From positions 248,001 through 312,000 of the IMG/VR virus record IMGVR_UViG_3300012931_000759: a DNA stretch of 64,000 bases, one strand, 5' to 3'. The notes below the pieces were generated by a model. It did not search any database. It was not told the origin of the DNA and was given only the letters and a program-made list of their open reading frames with translations. Below, in pieces: positions 1 to 9,961 of the stretch; position 1 is the stretch's first letter; every line of letters begins with the position of its first letter. A program made the translations under genes and the position numbers.

Positions 1-1
1 C

Positions 2-1327
2 GGCATAGCGGTGAGCCAGATCCAGGCTGCGAGCCAGCCGCTGGCCATCTTTGGAACCAAAATCACCGAAGCACAGAGCATCTGGACGACATTCACGAAA
101 TCCCTGAAGGGCATCGCGCCGGAGGAGGTTGGCAGCCTCACGCGGCAGATTACCAGCAACATCGCAACCATGAGTCTTGGCGCGCAGGGTTTTGTGGCGC
201 AGATGAGCGGCATGGTCCATGGCGTGACCGCGCTCGGGGGTGCGCTGCGGATGGAGCTGGCGATGCGCGAGCCTGGCGGCATGGAGCGCAACCTCGAGCG
301 CGTCATGCAAACCATCTCGCGCATGGGCGGCGGGCGCATCATAACGCTCCAGGAGGCGTCCCAGACTCCGGCGCTAGAGATGCAGTTCCAGCTCCAGCGG
401 CAGATGGTCGGGCAGATGCTCGGGGTCCAGCAGGGTCCCCAACAGTCCCGCGTGCTGGAAGTGCTCCAGAACATGGAGAAGGGCGGGGCCTCCGGAGCAG
501 AAGCCACCAAAAATGTCCAGGAGCTGATGGCCGACGGGCAGAAGGCCCAGTCCGCGAGCACCACTGCCATGGAGAAGACGGCTATGGGCATCACCCGGAC
601 CAACTCTTTCCTACACGAGATTGTCGGCCTGGAGCAGACCGCCGGTCGCGAATTGGCCCAAATCGGGCGCGCGCTCGGCACCGCCGGGGTCGGCATGCGC
701 CCGAGGGAAAGCGATGTCGCGCGCGCCACGCTGGCGGGCATGCGGGCAGGCCCGGCGGTCGCTGCGGCCGCTCCGCGCGCTTTGGAGCGCATGGGCGGCC
801 TGGTCCGCACTGTTAGTAAAGGCGCCGAAAGAGGCTCGAAGGCCTTCGTCCTCGAGCGGCAATTCCGGGCAAAAATGACGCCGACAGGCGAGCCCATCGA
901 CCCCAGGCATCCCGAGCAGGCCGAGGCCGAACGCGGACTGGCAACAGTGCTGCCCACGGCCACCGGCAGGCGCCCGGAACTTGCGCCTGGTCTGCCCGTG
1001 TCCACCGGCAGGCGCCTGGAACTCGCGCCTGGGCCGCGCGAGAGGCGGGACAGGTTGGCGCGGACAGTGATGCCATTCGGGTTCGACCGCCCGGAGGAGA
1101 TGGCTCCAATGGGGCCCGACGAGACGGCGCCGGGGCGACCGGGCGCAAGGCGAGGTGCGGCGGCCATGGCGGCGGAGGGTGAGAGGCCAGAGGCCCTGAC
1201 GGTCACCCCTCTCGAGCCGCCCACTGTGGAGATCAAGGTCATATGTGAGAAGTGCCTCGAGAAGATCGTGGACAAGAAGCTACACCTTGGCAACCAGGGC
1301 GCGGCAGGCGAGGACTACGCCAGATAG
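2..1327 (+). CDS. Probable tape measure protein, C-terminal part (5' truncated by window edge)
   Basis: The frame is open from base 2. The protein is Ala/Gly/Gln/Met-rich and helical-looking, with a low-complexity Pro/Arg tail. It lies directly upstream of tube-initiator and hub genes, the usual tape-measure position. Confidence 0.5.
   Translation, partial: GIAVSQIQAASQPLAIFGTKITEAQSIWTTFTKSLKGIAPEEVGSLTRQITSNIATMSLGAQGFVAQMSGMVHGVTALGGALRMELAMREPGGMERNLERVMQTISRMGGGRIITLQEASQTPALEMQFQLQRQMVGQMLGVQQGPQQSRVLEVLQNMEKGGASGAEATKNVQELMADGQKAQSASTTAMEKTAMGITRTNSFLHEIVGLEQTAGRELAQIGRALGTAGVGMRPRESDVARATLAGMRAGPAVAAAAPRALERMGGLVRTVSKGAERGSKAFVLERQFRAKMTPTGEPIDPRHPEQAEAERGLATVLPTATGRRPELAPGLPVSTGRRLELAPGPRERRDRLARTVMPFGFDRPEEMAPMGPDETAPGRPGARRGAAAMAAEGERPEALTVTPLEPPTVEIKVICEKCLEKIVDKKLHLGNQGAAGEDYAR
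961..1032 (+). repeat. 30-nt direct repeat, 42-nt period, inside the tape-measure tail
   Basis: caccggcaggcgcccggaacttgcgcctgg (961-990) versus caccggcaggcgcctggaactcgcgcctgg (1003-1032); encodes TGRR(P/L)ELAPG twice. Confidence 0.85.
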
Positions 1328-1345
1328 CGTTTCCGGAGGACCGAC

Positions 1346-2176
1346 ATGGCCGAGCAGACGATAGGCAACCAGGTGTTTGTTGACCCGTCGCAGGATCCGG
1401 CGAACAATCCCCTGCGCGACAAGGGAACAAGCGCGGCAGAGGGCAACCCCCAGCAACCCGCTATTATCGCCAGCAACCCTCAGATGCCGACGGGCGTTCG
1501 GAGGCGCCAGCTTATGCGCTGGAAAGTGCCCGACCTCGGCTATATCGACATGTACATCAACCCGCAGCAGATGACTATCCAGGAGAAGAAGGTCATCACC
1601 AAGCGCAGGACCAAGGGAGGATACATCATCCAGTATTGGGGCGAGGAGCTTCCGACGATCAGTATCAGTGGATCGACCGGCGCCTCGGGCATTGAGGGCA
1701 TCAACATCCTGCGCGACGTGTATCGGTCCGAGCAGAAGGCTTTCGAGAAGGTAGCAAAATCACTGGTCGACAGGCTGGGTACCTTTTCCTTGGGAAGCGT
1801 CTCTGGCATCATGAACGCCGTCTCTAACCCTGGCCAGGCCATAGGGAGCGCGCTTTCCGGTCTTTTCGGCTCCGGTGCCAATCCGCCGTTGCTCCCCACG
1901 TTGGGCTCCTTGGCTCTCGGGGTTGAATTGTATTTCCAGGGGTGGGTTTTCAAAGGCTATTTTCTCGATTTCTCGGTAGAGGAGAGCGTAGCTCAGGGTG
2001 TCGGGGTGTTCAATTACAGGATGAATTTCCAGGTCACCGACAGGCGCGGCACCAGGAAAAACTTTATGCCGTGGCATAAATCACCAGCCGATACTGATCC
2101 AACAACCGGCAAACCAATCAATTATAGGCAATCCAACTATGAGACAACACCTCTCAATTTCAGCGGAGAAGAATAG
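1346..2176 (+). CDS. Tail tube initiator / baseplate hub-type protein
   Basis: SD GGAGG upstream. The motif MYINPQQM...KRRTKGGYIIQYWGEEL..ISISGSTG and GWVFKGYFLDFSVEES resemble tube-fold baseplate initiator proteins. It follows the tape measure. Confidence 0.55.
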   Translation: MAEQTIGNQVFVDPSQDPANNPLRDKGTSAAEGNPQQPAIIASNPQMPTGVRRRQLMRWKVPDLGYIDMYINPQQMTIQEKKVITKRRTKGGYIIQYWGEELPTISISGSTGASGIEGINILRDVYRSEQKAFEKVAKSLVDRLGTFSLGSVSGIMNAVSNPGQAIGSALSGLFGSGANPPLLPTLGSLALGVELYFQGWVFKGYFLDFSVEESVAQGVGVFNYRMNFQVTDRRGTRKNFMPWHKSPADTDPTTGKPINYRQSNYETTPLNFSGEE

Positions 2177-2914
2177 ATGCATCGATGCTCCGTATGTAAC
2201 AAAGCGGTCGAACATCCCGCTACGGTCAATCCGGTTCTATGTTTCCGATGCTATAACCACCTACATCCACCAAAAGTAGCCATATGCGACAACTGTGGAT
2301 GTCTAAAACCATCACATAGGACAAACAACAAAACACTTTGTAAACGATGCTATGAGGTCTTGTTCCTAACGGAGACCTGTGTCAAATGGAACCAGGAGCG
2401 AAGTGTAGTTTTCCGCGCACCAAACGGCGAGCCCTTCTGTGCGTCATGCTACTACAACATGCGCACGCCTGTTGAATGCGGGTTTTGCCATCGCATGAAA
2501 CCAAAACATACGGAACATGTCGTATATGGCAATTTGTGTAAGGTGTGTTATAACAAAACCCGCAGGTTGGAGGATCCGAACTTTGCGTTGATAGAGAGCC
2601 TGCGTTCTCGCGCACGTAGTGCTTTCAAGCGCTTCTGTCAAAGGGGAAAAGTCCGTTCGTCCAAAGAATATGGGATAGATTACGCAGCCATTGTGGCACA
2701 CATCGGGGCGTGTCCTTGTTGCCGCTCCGACTATCATGTCGACCATGTGTTTCCCTTGGTGGCTTTCGATTTTACCAGACCGGAGCATATTCGTGCCGCT
2801 TTCGCTCCGGACAATCATCAATGGCTGCCGAGCCGGGCCAACCTGAGCAAACAAGACACTTATGATCGCTGTGCGTTCGGAAGTTATCTTGAACGCCATG
2901 GAATCCAAGAATGA
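2177..2914 (+). CDS. HNH homing endonuclease with N-terminal CxxC zinc repeats
   Basis: Repeated CxxC..CxxCY units; C-terminal YHVDHVFPLVAFDFTRPEHIRAAFAPDNHQWLPSRANLSK (HNH); lower GC than the flanking genes. Confidence 0.8.
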   Translation: MHRCSVCNKAVEHPATVNPVLCFRCYNHLHPPKVAICDNCGCLKPSHRTNNKTLCKRCYEVLFLTETCVKWNQERSVVFRAPNGEPFCASCYYNMRTPVECGFCHRMKPKHTEHVVYGNLCKVCYNKTRRLEDPNFALIESLRSRARSAFKRFCQRGKVRSSKEYGIDYAAIVAHIGACPCCRSDYHVDHVFPLVAFDFTRPEHIRAAFAPDNHQWLPSRANLSKQDTYDRCAFGSYLERHGIQE

Positions 2915-5900
2915 CGATCCTCATCTCGTCCACGCAGTCTGACCTGACATCCGGGGACGGGTTCGGCTCACTGCTCCGCGATTTCGGCGGCATGCTTGGA
3001 CAACCCGACCTGTTCAGTTCGACCAATGGGGTCAAACTCCACGGGGGCGATCCCGACCTGGCGGCTTTCCAGAGCGCGGCCGGGAGCATCCTGGAGAGGC
3101 TGTACAGCGCCAATCAGGAGGTGTTTGACAAGAATTTCGTCGGCAGTGGGCGGCAGGTAATCGCGGGCGGGGCCACGGTGGCCGGGGGCAAGATCTCCCC
3201 GCTAGAGGATGCCGCAATCCTCCAAGTCACCAATCAGACCCCAAACTTGAGTGTATTAGTGAAGAAGCGGGCCTTCTCGTCCCTCAACCATTTGTATGAC
3301 CCCACGCTGATGGACGACGCGGAACTGTGGCTGTTCCGGGCGACTAAGCGCCTGTTCGCCAGAAAATGCGCCGAGGTGGCCGACTATGAGCGGCTGGCCA
3401 AAATCAAGCGCCTCCTGGAGGCCGGTAGTAATGCCTCGCAGGCGTCCATAGGCCTAGTGACCGGCCTCGCAGCCGCGTTTAGTGACACCGCGCAGGCATC
3501 CACGGGGGGCAGCCCTCTTGGCGCCGACTCCGGGGTGGGCTTCTTCTCGTCGATGCGAAACCTACAGAAAGCCATCAAGGATCGACAACCAGTGGATGTC
3601 ACCACCTGGTTCTACGATCCTGACGTGCCGTTCGACCCAGCAATGGGCAGCGGAAGTGGCGTGTTCGAGATCACGCTCGTGGCCTCGCTGAACACAAACC
3701 TGTCCATCGACGGAAGCGGAAACGGTAGTTTCTCCATGGATAACCCATACAACATCCTGCGGATCTCCGAGAATGACATCGAGATGGCTATTAGGGACAC
3801 TGCCCTATCCAAGCTTACGAATGTCCTGGACAAGGCCGCCGGCCTGGCCCTTTCGAGAGCGCAGGTGTCTGACGCACAGCTCACGCGGGCTCGTAAGGAA
3901 CGCAAACGCAGCCCCATAACTTTCACCGTGAGTGCCTCCGGACAAGGGGCCACTGGAACAATGGACGCCATCGGGATGACGCTCACGGCGGACAATCTCA
4001 ATCTGGTGCCGGAGCCGCATTCGCTCGACGACGCCGAGAAGACGCTGGTCAAGGGTGTGTTGGCTGGGCTCGAGGCCTATTCTATGTCCACCAGACGCAA
4101 CCTACTCGACGGATTGAGCGTGAGCGGAGGCGATAACGCGACGCTCCGGAACTCCATGTCCTATGCTAGGAGAATGCTGCGCAAGTTCCACGCGGGCAAA
4201 CTGCTAATACAGCCAATGGACACCGTCTATGTTTTCATCGACGGCAGCACGCGTCGCTCTGGGGAGGTAACCGGGCAGGCGGACAGCCACTCTCCGCTGA
4301 TGATCGGAGACAAGGAGATACCAGGATCCACGATGGAGGTCGTCGACAGCATAAGCGAGTCCATAGGCCTCCAGGACACTTGGCAGATCGACAAACCGTT
4401 GCTCAAGGCCGCTTGGGATAAGAGCGGAAAATGGCTTAGTCTCAGAGATTTCGAGAAGCTGTACGCGGTCTCCGGGGGCTCCGGCACACATGTGTTCGCT
4501 GGCCTTGTGAGCGACGCGACGAACACCTACAATGCCGAGGGTGGGCGCTACGAGGTGTCGGTGAGTGTCAACTCCAACATGGAGTGGCTGCGGCTATCCA
4601 GGTACAACCAGCAGCCTGCGCTCCAGCAGACCGAGGGTATTATCTGGGATCCCCTGACGCCCTTCGATTTCCAGGTCGACGAGGCTACGGGGCTTCCAAC
4701 CGGGCGCGCAAAGCTGACGGACACTAACAAGCGACTTCTGGATTCTGGTGCCTTGTTTATCCACCGTGGCAAGGATGCTGGAAAGCGCGCGACCGAAAGT
4801 CTGCTCCAGAAGCAGGATGTCCAGCCGTACGGTGGTAGTCTTCTACCGGTGTTCGAGATGCCTCCTGGCCTAAAGTACCGCTGGAAAGAGGGCATTATCA
4901 CGGCGGCCTATACAGCCTCGGCGGTGAACCCGCTCGACCCGACGATGACGAACGAGAACCAGCTGCGGCGCGACATTGGTTTTTTCGCATCTAACACAGC
5001 ATTCGACACGATGGATGCTGCGAACATTGTCAGCCTGCTAGTTACCGGCTACCCGCACAATACGGCGACGTTCATCGAGAGCGCCTTGAATTCTGGAGGT
5101 TTTCAGCTCGACACAACGCTCAACAGCGGGAAAGACTATTTTCACAGTTTCCTGGATGTCCAGAAGTCCGTCAACCTGGTCCAAGGGAATTTCTCACCCT
5201 TTAAGATCATTAACGCCAATCGCAAGGACCTGGCGCAGATGATCTCGACCCAGCAGCGTCTAACGCAGACCTCGGCGCAACTAAAGCAGCTTAAGAACCA
5301 GTATGCCCAGATGAGCGACCAGCTGACGAATCTCACGGCCTCCTATCCAGACGAAAACGACTCCCAATATCTGAGAAGCAAAAATATATTGTACAAGAAG
5401 AGGCTCGATATAGCGGCTGACCTCCAGAAGGCCGAGAAGACTTTCAACAATCTCCTAAACAACAGCAAAACATGGCGAATTGCTGGTGACGACATCGGTT
5501 TCGACCTGACAAACCCGTCGGACGAGGACGAGGCGCGGCTATTCGGGGACCGATTCCTCTTCGTAAGCCAACGGCGGCGCGAGGATGTGATCTATAACCG
5601 CGACAAGAATTTCCTGATCGTGTCGGAGGAGTACGACAAGGACTACGACATCCAAGCGTTCGCGCTGAAGATGCGGGACAGACTGCCGGACATGTGGAAG
5701 AACCGATGGGACAGTGTGGAGGGGCTCTGTAAACAGGCGGCCGAAATGCTCGACCTGGAATTTTTTTGTAACACCCAGGGTCATCTTGAGCTGCGGCCGC
5801 CGCTGTACAACCGGACACCCCTGAGCGTCCTATCGACGATGCTCTCGCTCAACCGGAATGTCGGCGTCAAGCTGTTCCCAGATTTCCTAACGAAACTGGT

Positions 5901-7668
5901 CTCGAGTCGCACGCAGAGTCTGATACTGGAGATTATGGAGGCGGAGTACGAGATGATGCGGTATGCGGCCCTGCTTGGCGCGACCGACGAGAACGGTGCC
6001 AGGAATCTGATTTTCCAGAAAGGCATCGCTGACAGCGTACTGATTATCCAGGAGACCGATATCCGGAAAGCCATCCTGAAGAACGAGGTTGTCAAAGAAA
6101 CGGAGCAGAAAAGGCTCCAGGAAATCATTGCGGGTAACACTGTCGCAACCCTCGGTTCGCAGAAGACGGGCATCTTCTCCGCTTCGGCGCAGGCTAACCT
6201 TTTCCTCAACAAGAAAGCGGTTACTGTCAGCCAAGGGAGCGCCATCTTCTATTCGGACATGGTACAACAGTTGGTGAAGCTGACCGGTCGGCCTTTGCGT
6301 AGCTACCCGTCGTTCGACGAGGCCAAGGTGGGTGCCAAAAAGAACGGTCAGTCGAATCCGGCCAGCGATGTCGCAGCAGCCATCGACCGCATTTCCGAGC
6401 AGGTGAGCCGCAGGTCCAAACTGCTCAGGGTGCTGGAGAAGGTCCTGGAGCAGAGTGTTGAGATAGCTTCGGTCAACGCTGAGGGAAAAACACAGACCGG
6501 GTTGGGATGGTTCAACTCAACAACCAAGCCCTCGGAGATGTTTGAGCGGTTGGTCGAGAATGACACCCAGCATGTGCTGGGGCACCTTTCGGGCCATCGC
6601 TTCATCATCGGTGACGAGAACCTTATATCGTACCGGATAACCGAGAAACCGCCCGCCCAGACGGTCTGTACCGTGAGCGGAAGCGCCGACGCCCTCGCCG
6701 GAGTACAGGAAGGCTTTTACAACGGGGCCTTACCGGCAGCCAGGGCCTTTGGCGCGGATTTCGATCTCTGGCGTCAGTACGGCTTCCGTGGAGAGCGTAA
6801 TTTCGACAAGCCGTACTTCTACGACTCGGAACTACAGTGTGCTCCCTATGCCAAGATGGTCCTGACCAGGCAGCACAAAGAAATCCTGAACGGCGAAGCG
6901 GAGGTCGTAGGCAACGAGTTCTACCAGTTGGGGGATGTGGTATACCTGTCGGACGCACAATTACTGTTCTACGTAAATGCTGTTAGACATTCGTTCACGT
7001 ACGAAAGCGGTTTCAGTACCACGTTGTCCCTGAGCTACGGCCATCCGGTCGGTGAATACATTCCCACGCCACTCGATGTCATAGGCAAAAGCCTGTCGAA
7101 CCAGGCAAATCTACACACCGGATTCCGCGTGCGTAGGCAACCGTCAAGGAGCGACAGGGTGCTTGGTGTCGTGCGGTTCGCGTCTGGCGAGACCGGTGAG
7201 AAGGGTCTGCTTGGGGGGCAGGACGGCCAGCGGAACTACGCGGTGCTTTCGAACGTCCTACAGATCGCCAACCGCGAACTCGATTTCAACAAACCCGACA
7301 CGAGTCCGCGCGTGTTCGTACTTGTGTTCGGTAACGCGTCCAACAAGGACGAACAACTCAAAAGGGCAAAGGCGGTTCAGAACTGGTTGGCCGTCCCCGT
7401 GGCGCCAGGTCAGAAAAGCGATGGCTTAGATTCCGCTATGGCAGTAGTTTCCGGCCAAAGCGATTTGGCGCACCAGGCGATTTCCAGCACCAGCCAGTTT
7501 CTGGCTCAGCTTGCCAAGGACACCGAACTAGGCAGCACGGACAAGGCTCTGCTAAAGGCTGGAGTGGTAGCCAGCGACCAGGCATGGACGCTAGATCCGG
7601 AGCTGGACCGCGTCGTGGAGATCAGACTGCGTCCAGCTCCGGCTGGCGGATGGCCACAGGGGGAATGA
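2911..7668 (+). CDS. Large baseplate hub (gp27/gpD-like) protein
   Basis: 1585 aa. The C-terminal region GEAEVVGNEFYQLGDVVYL..LFYVNAVRHSF..GFSTTLSLSYG is typical of hub/late-control-D folds. It lies upstream of the spike. Confidence 0.6.
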   Translation: MTILISSTQSDLTSGDGFGSLLRDFGGMLGQPDLFSSTNGVKLHGGDPDLAAFQSAAGSILERLYSANQEVFDKNFVGSGRQVIAGGATVAGGKISPLEDAAILQVTNQTPNLSVLVKKRAFSSLNHLYDPTLMDDAELWLFRATKRLFARKCAEVADYERLAKIKRLLEAGSNASQASIGLVTGLAAAFSDTAQASTGGSPLGADSGVGFFSSMRNLQKAIKDRQPVDVTTWFYDPDVPFDPAMGSGSGVFEITLVASLNTNLSIDGSGNGSFSMDNPYNILRISENDIEMAIRDTALSKLTNVLDKAAGLALSRAQVSDAQLTRARKERKRSPITFTVSASGQGATGTMDAIGMTLTADNLNLVPEPHSLDDAEKTLVKGVLAGLEAYSMSTRRNLLDGLSVSGGDNATLRNSMSYARRMLRKFHAGKLLIQPMDTVYVFIDGSTRRSGEVTGQADSHSPLMIGDKEIPGSTMEVVDSISESIGLQDTWQIDKPLLKAAWDKSGKWLSLRDFEKLYAVSGGSGTHVFAGLVSDATNTYNAEGGRYEVSVSVNSNMEWLRLSRYNQQPALQQTEGIIWDPLTPFDFQVDEATGLPTGRAKLTDTNKRLLDSGALFIHRGKDAGKRATESLLQKQDVQPYGGSLLPVFEMPPGLKYRWKEGIITAAYTASAVNPLDPTMTNENQLRRDIGFFASNTAFDTMDAANIVSLLVTGYPHNTATFIESALNSGGFQLDTTLNSGKDYFHSFLDVQKSVNLVQGNFSPFKIINANRKDLAQMISTQQRLTQTSAQLKQLKNQYAQMSDQLTNLTASYPDENDSQYLRSKNILYKKRLDIAADLQKAEKTFNNLLNNSKTWRIAGDDIGFDLTNPSDEDEARLFGDRFLFVSQRRREDVIYNRDKNFLIVSEEYDKDYDIQAFALKMRDRLPDMWKNRWDSVEGLCKQAAEMLDLEFFCNTQGHLELRPPLYNRTPLSVLSTMLSLNRNVGVKLFPDFLTKLVSSRTQSLILEIMEAEYEMMRYAALLGATDENGARNLIFQKGIADSVLIIQETDIRKAILKNEVVKETEQKRLQEIIAGNTVATLGSQKTGIFSASAQANLFLNKKAVTVSQGSAIFYSDMVQQLVKLTGRPLRSYPSFDEAKVGAKKNGQSNPASDVAAAIDRISEQVSRRSKLLRVLEKVLEQSVEIASVNAEGKTQTGLGWFNSTTKPSEMFERLVENDTQHVLGHLSGHRFIIGDENLISYRITEKPPAQTVCTVSGSADALAGVQEGFYNGALPAARAFGADFDLWRQYGFRGERNFDKPYFYDSELQCAPYAKMVLTRQHKEILNGEAEVVGNEFYQLGDVVYLSDAQLLFYVNAVRHSFTYESGFSTTLSLSYGHPVGEYIPTPLDVIGKSLSNQANLHTGFRVRRQPSRSDRVLGVVRFASGETGEKGLLGGQDGQRNYAVLSNVLQIANRELDFNKPDTSPRVFVLVFGNASNKDEQLKRAKAVQNWLAVPVAPGQKSDGLDSAMAVVSGQSDLAHQAISSTSQFLAQLAKDTELGSTDKALLKAGVVASDQAWTLDPELDRVVEIRLRPAPAGGWPQGE

Positions 7669-7671
7669 CAC

Positions 7672-9951
7672 ATGTCGACTGATAGGCCCGTCGGTTTACA
7701 GGCTCGTTTGGCCGAGGTCATCTCGGTCGACCATGCCACCGGCGTGGCCCAGACCAGGTGGGTCGACGACGACGAAATTGGGCCGCTGATCCCGGTGCCG
7801 CATCCATTCTCCGGAATCGGCGGCGAGGGAGTATACATCGGCCTCAGGGAGAGGGCACTAATCGTCTGTGTCAGGGGATCGTACGGGCGATACATACCGG
7901 TTGCCGTGGTCCCGCCGCGCGCATCGTTCGCTTCCGACCTGGCCGACATCCCGGAGATGGCTTTCGACGACTCTGGCGTTCCTCTGATCGACGATGGCGA
8001 AATCGTTGTTCGAGGACCGACCGGAGCCGTGTTTCGGCTCAATGCCGACGGATCTGTCGCCATGCGCAACAGCCTCGGAGAAGGTTGGGCAGTAGGAGGA
8101 GACAACGACGAGGCGCATCGATGCGCGATAGCAAATCCCCCACCTGTTACGTACATGGTCTCCCAGGCGGGCCTAGAGGCCCATGGGCTCGTGCGGCGAG
8201 ATGTTCGCCCGAACGAGGAGTCACTCGACGTCTCGATTTTCGACCCTATGTACGATCTCGAGGCTGAGCAACTGCTTGAGGAGGTTGGCCGCGATCCCAC
8301 AAAGGATGTGACGCACGGCACGCGGCGGTCCACCGCCGGTGACGAGACGGCGGCAGCTACGGCTTTCCGGAACCCGCCTTTTGTGGAAAAGCGCCATATC
8401 CTGTACGAGTTTGGTACCGGATGGAACGTGGGCACCCAGCAGGACGAGAAGGGTCTGCTGGACGGGGCCGAGCTGCCGGTCAGGATCTCGATGGACAGGA
8501 GGGAGCGCCGCAGCAATGTGTTAAGCCTGTCGCTGTCATACCCGAACGAACTGATGGAAGCCGTGGACGGCACCCTGGTCGACATTTTCGGTAACCTGCT
8601 TGACATCAATAGGAACATCATCCAGCCGCCCGTCGGTGAGGACACCATGTCCCTCCTGGAGAGCCTACAGGAGAACGCAAGGCACACAGTAGCGCTCCAT
8701 AGGGAGATCAACACCAGGAAAGGCTGGGCGTACACCGGAAACGCCATCCCGGATCCGGTGACGCCGGATGTCTCTAGTGCCGACAACAACGCGCGTGACC
8801 GCAGCCGCTGGTTCGTAGACGTGGATAAGGAGGGGTTGACCAAGATCAACATTCCGGCCACCTCCGAGACTGGTAATGTGCCGTGCCTGGTACGCTACGA
8901 AACTTCAAGCGTCGTCGATGTCGACAGTCACGGACAGGCCGGACCTGCTGCGCGCAAGGGGGACGACGACCCTAAGCGGCTTTTCCGCAGTGACCTAAAT
9001 GCCGGTCAGCGGCGGCAGGACGTGTTCCTGGATCAGTTTGGGCCCGGCGGCATTACAGTCAAGCGCGTGGAGTCGCGAAACAGCCAGGCCGTCGACCTGT
9101 CCCCGGACAACCGGCTGGCAGATTATCCTACCAGCTATGTCGAGGGGGAGCAGGACAAGGGGCAATGGGCCGAACTACCCTCGAAAGTACAAAGTGGCAC
9201 GGCATTCCACAGCATTGTGCGGACCGCAGCTAAGTTACTCGCAGTTTCGATGAACCAGATGTCCTATGACACCGTAAACAAAGACGCCGAACCACCAAAA
9301 GCGGACGGGGATGCGCTCAACAACCAAGTAATTCAGAGTTTTCTGGCGAGTGTTGGAATGCCGGTCGATCCAGACAAGGCTGGTTGCCCGAAAAACTACC
9401 CCAACGCCGGAGGTCGCAGCCTCCACGCCAACCTGGACGGAAGCGTCGAGCTGTCGGTCGGGGCGAACACGGTCGACCGCCTATCGTGGATCATGGACAC
9501 GGCTGGCGGGATTGTGGCCCGTATAGGCCGCGACCGTTACGGCAGGAGCGCGATAGTTCATATGGATGGTGCGCTGGCCTTGGAGGTCGGCGGATTCGAT
9601 TTTGTCGGACCGGAAGCCTCCGTCGCGGCCGACCGGCGCTTCTCGGACAGGGGCAAAACATTGCCCAAGGATGTCAATGTGTTCCGCGCCGGAAAGATCG
9701 TGATCCGCGTGAGGCGCGCGAATACGGCCGGAACCGGCCCGGACACGGACAATGACAACCTCGACCAGGTGATCATCGTCGACGAGAAAGGCGTGAGCAT
9801 CCAGGCGACCGGCCAGCTCAGCCTGAAATCCACGATGGACATGGTCCTACAGAGCGGCGGCCAGATCATCCTGGACGGGAAAGCAATCAAATTCTACACT
9901 GATCAATATCAAAGGCTTGTCCTAAAGCAGCCTAGCCGAAAGCAGATATAG
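7672..9951 (+). CDS. Central baseplate spike (gp5/gpV/VgrG-like)
   Basis: N-terminal OB-fold-like segment (AEVISVDHATGVAQTRW..IPVPHPF..GVYIGL). C-terminal short beta-strand repeats (IIVDEKGVSIQATGQLSLKSTMDMVLQSGGQIILDGKAIKF). Confidence 0.65.
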   Translation: MSTDRPVGLQARLAEVISVDHATGVAQTRWVDDDEIGPLIPVPHPFSGIGGEGVYIGLRERALIVCVRGSYGRYIPVAVVPPRASFASDLADIPEMAFDDSGVPLIDDGEIVVRGPTGAVFRLNADGSVAMRNSLGEGWAVGGDNDEAHRCAIANPPPVTYMVSQAGLEAHGLVRRDVRPNEESLDVSIFDPMYDLEAEQLLEEVGRDPTKDVTHGTRRSTAGDETAAATAFRNPPFVEKRHILYEFGTGWNVGTQQDEKGLLDGAELPVRISMDRRERRSNVLSLSLSYPNELMEAVDGTLVDIFGNLLDINRNIIQPPVGEDTMSLLESLQENARHTVALHREINTRKGWAYTGNAIPDPVTPDVSSADNNARDRSRWFVDVDKEGLTKINIPATSETGNVPCLVRYETSSVVDVDSHGQAGPAARKGDDDPKRLFRSDLNAGQRRQDVFLDQFGPGGITVKRVESRNSQAVDLSPDNRLADYPTSYVEGEQDKGQWAELPSKVQSGTAFHSIVRTAAKLLAVSMNQMSYDTVNKDAEPPKADGDALNNQVIQSFLASVGMPVDPDKAGCPKNYPNAGGRSLHANLDGSVELSVGANTVDRLSWIMDTAGGIVARIGRDRYGRSAIVHMDGALALEVGGFDFVGPEASVAADRRFSDRGKTLPKDVNVFRAGKIVIRVRRANTAGTGPDTDNDNLDQVIIVDEKGVSIQATGQLSLKSTMDMVLQSGGQIILDGKAIKFYTDQYQRLVLKQPSRKQI

Positions 9952-9961
9952 GAGCACGAGA

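Noticed and set aside
7506-8861. 451-aa minus-strand ORF, and similar long antisense ORFs at 38604-39542, 41479-42390, 42678-43676, 45599-46456 and 61008-61934
   Set aside because: They are shadows of well-supported + strand genes with biased codon usage, and show no recognisable motifs or RBS.
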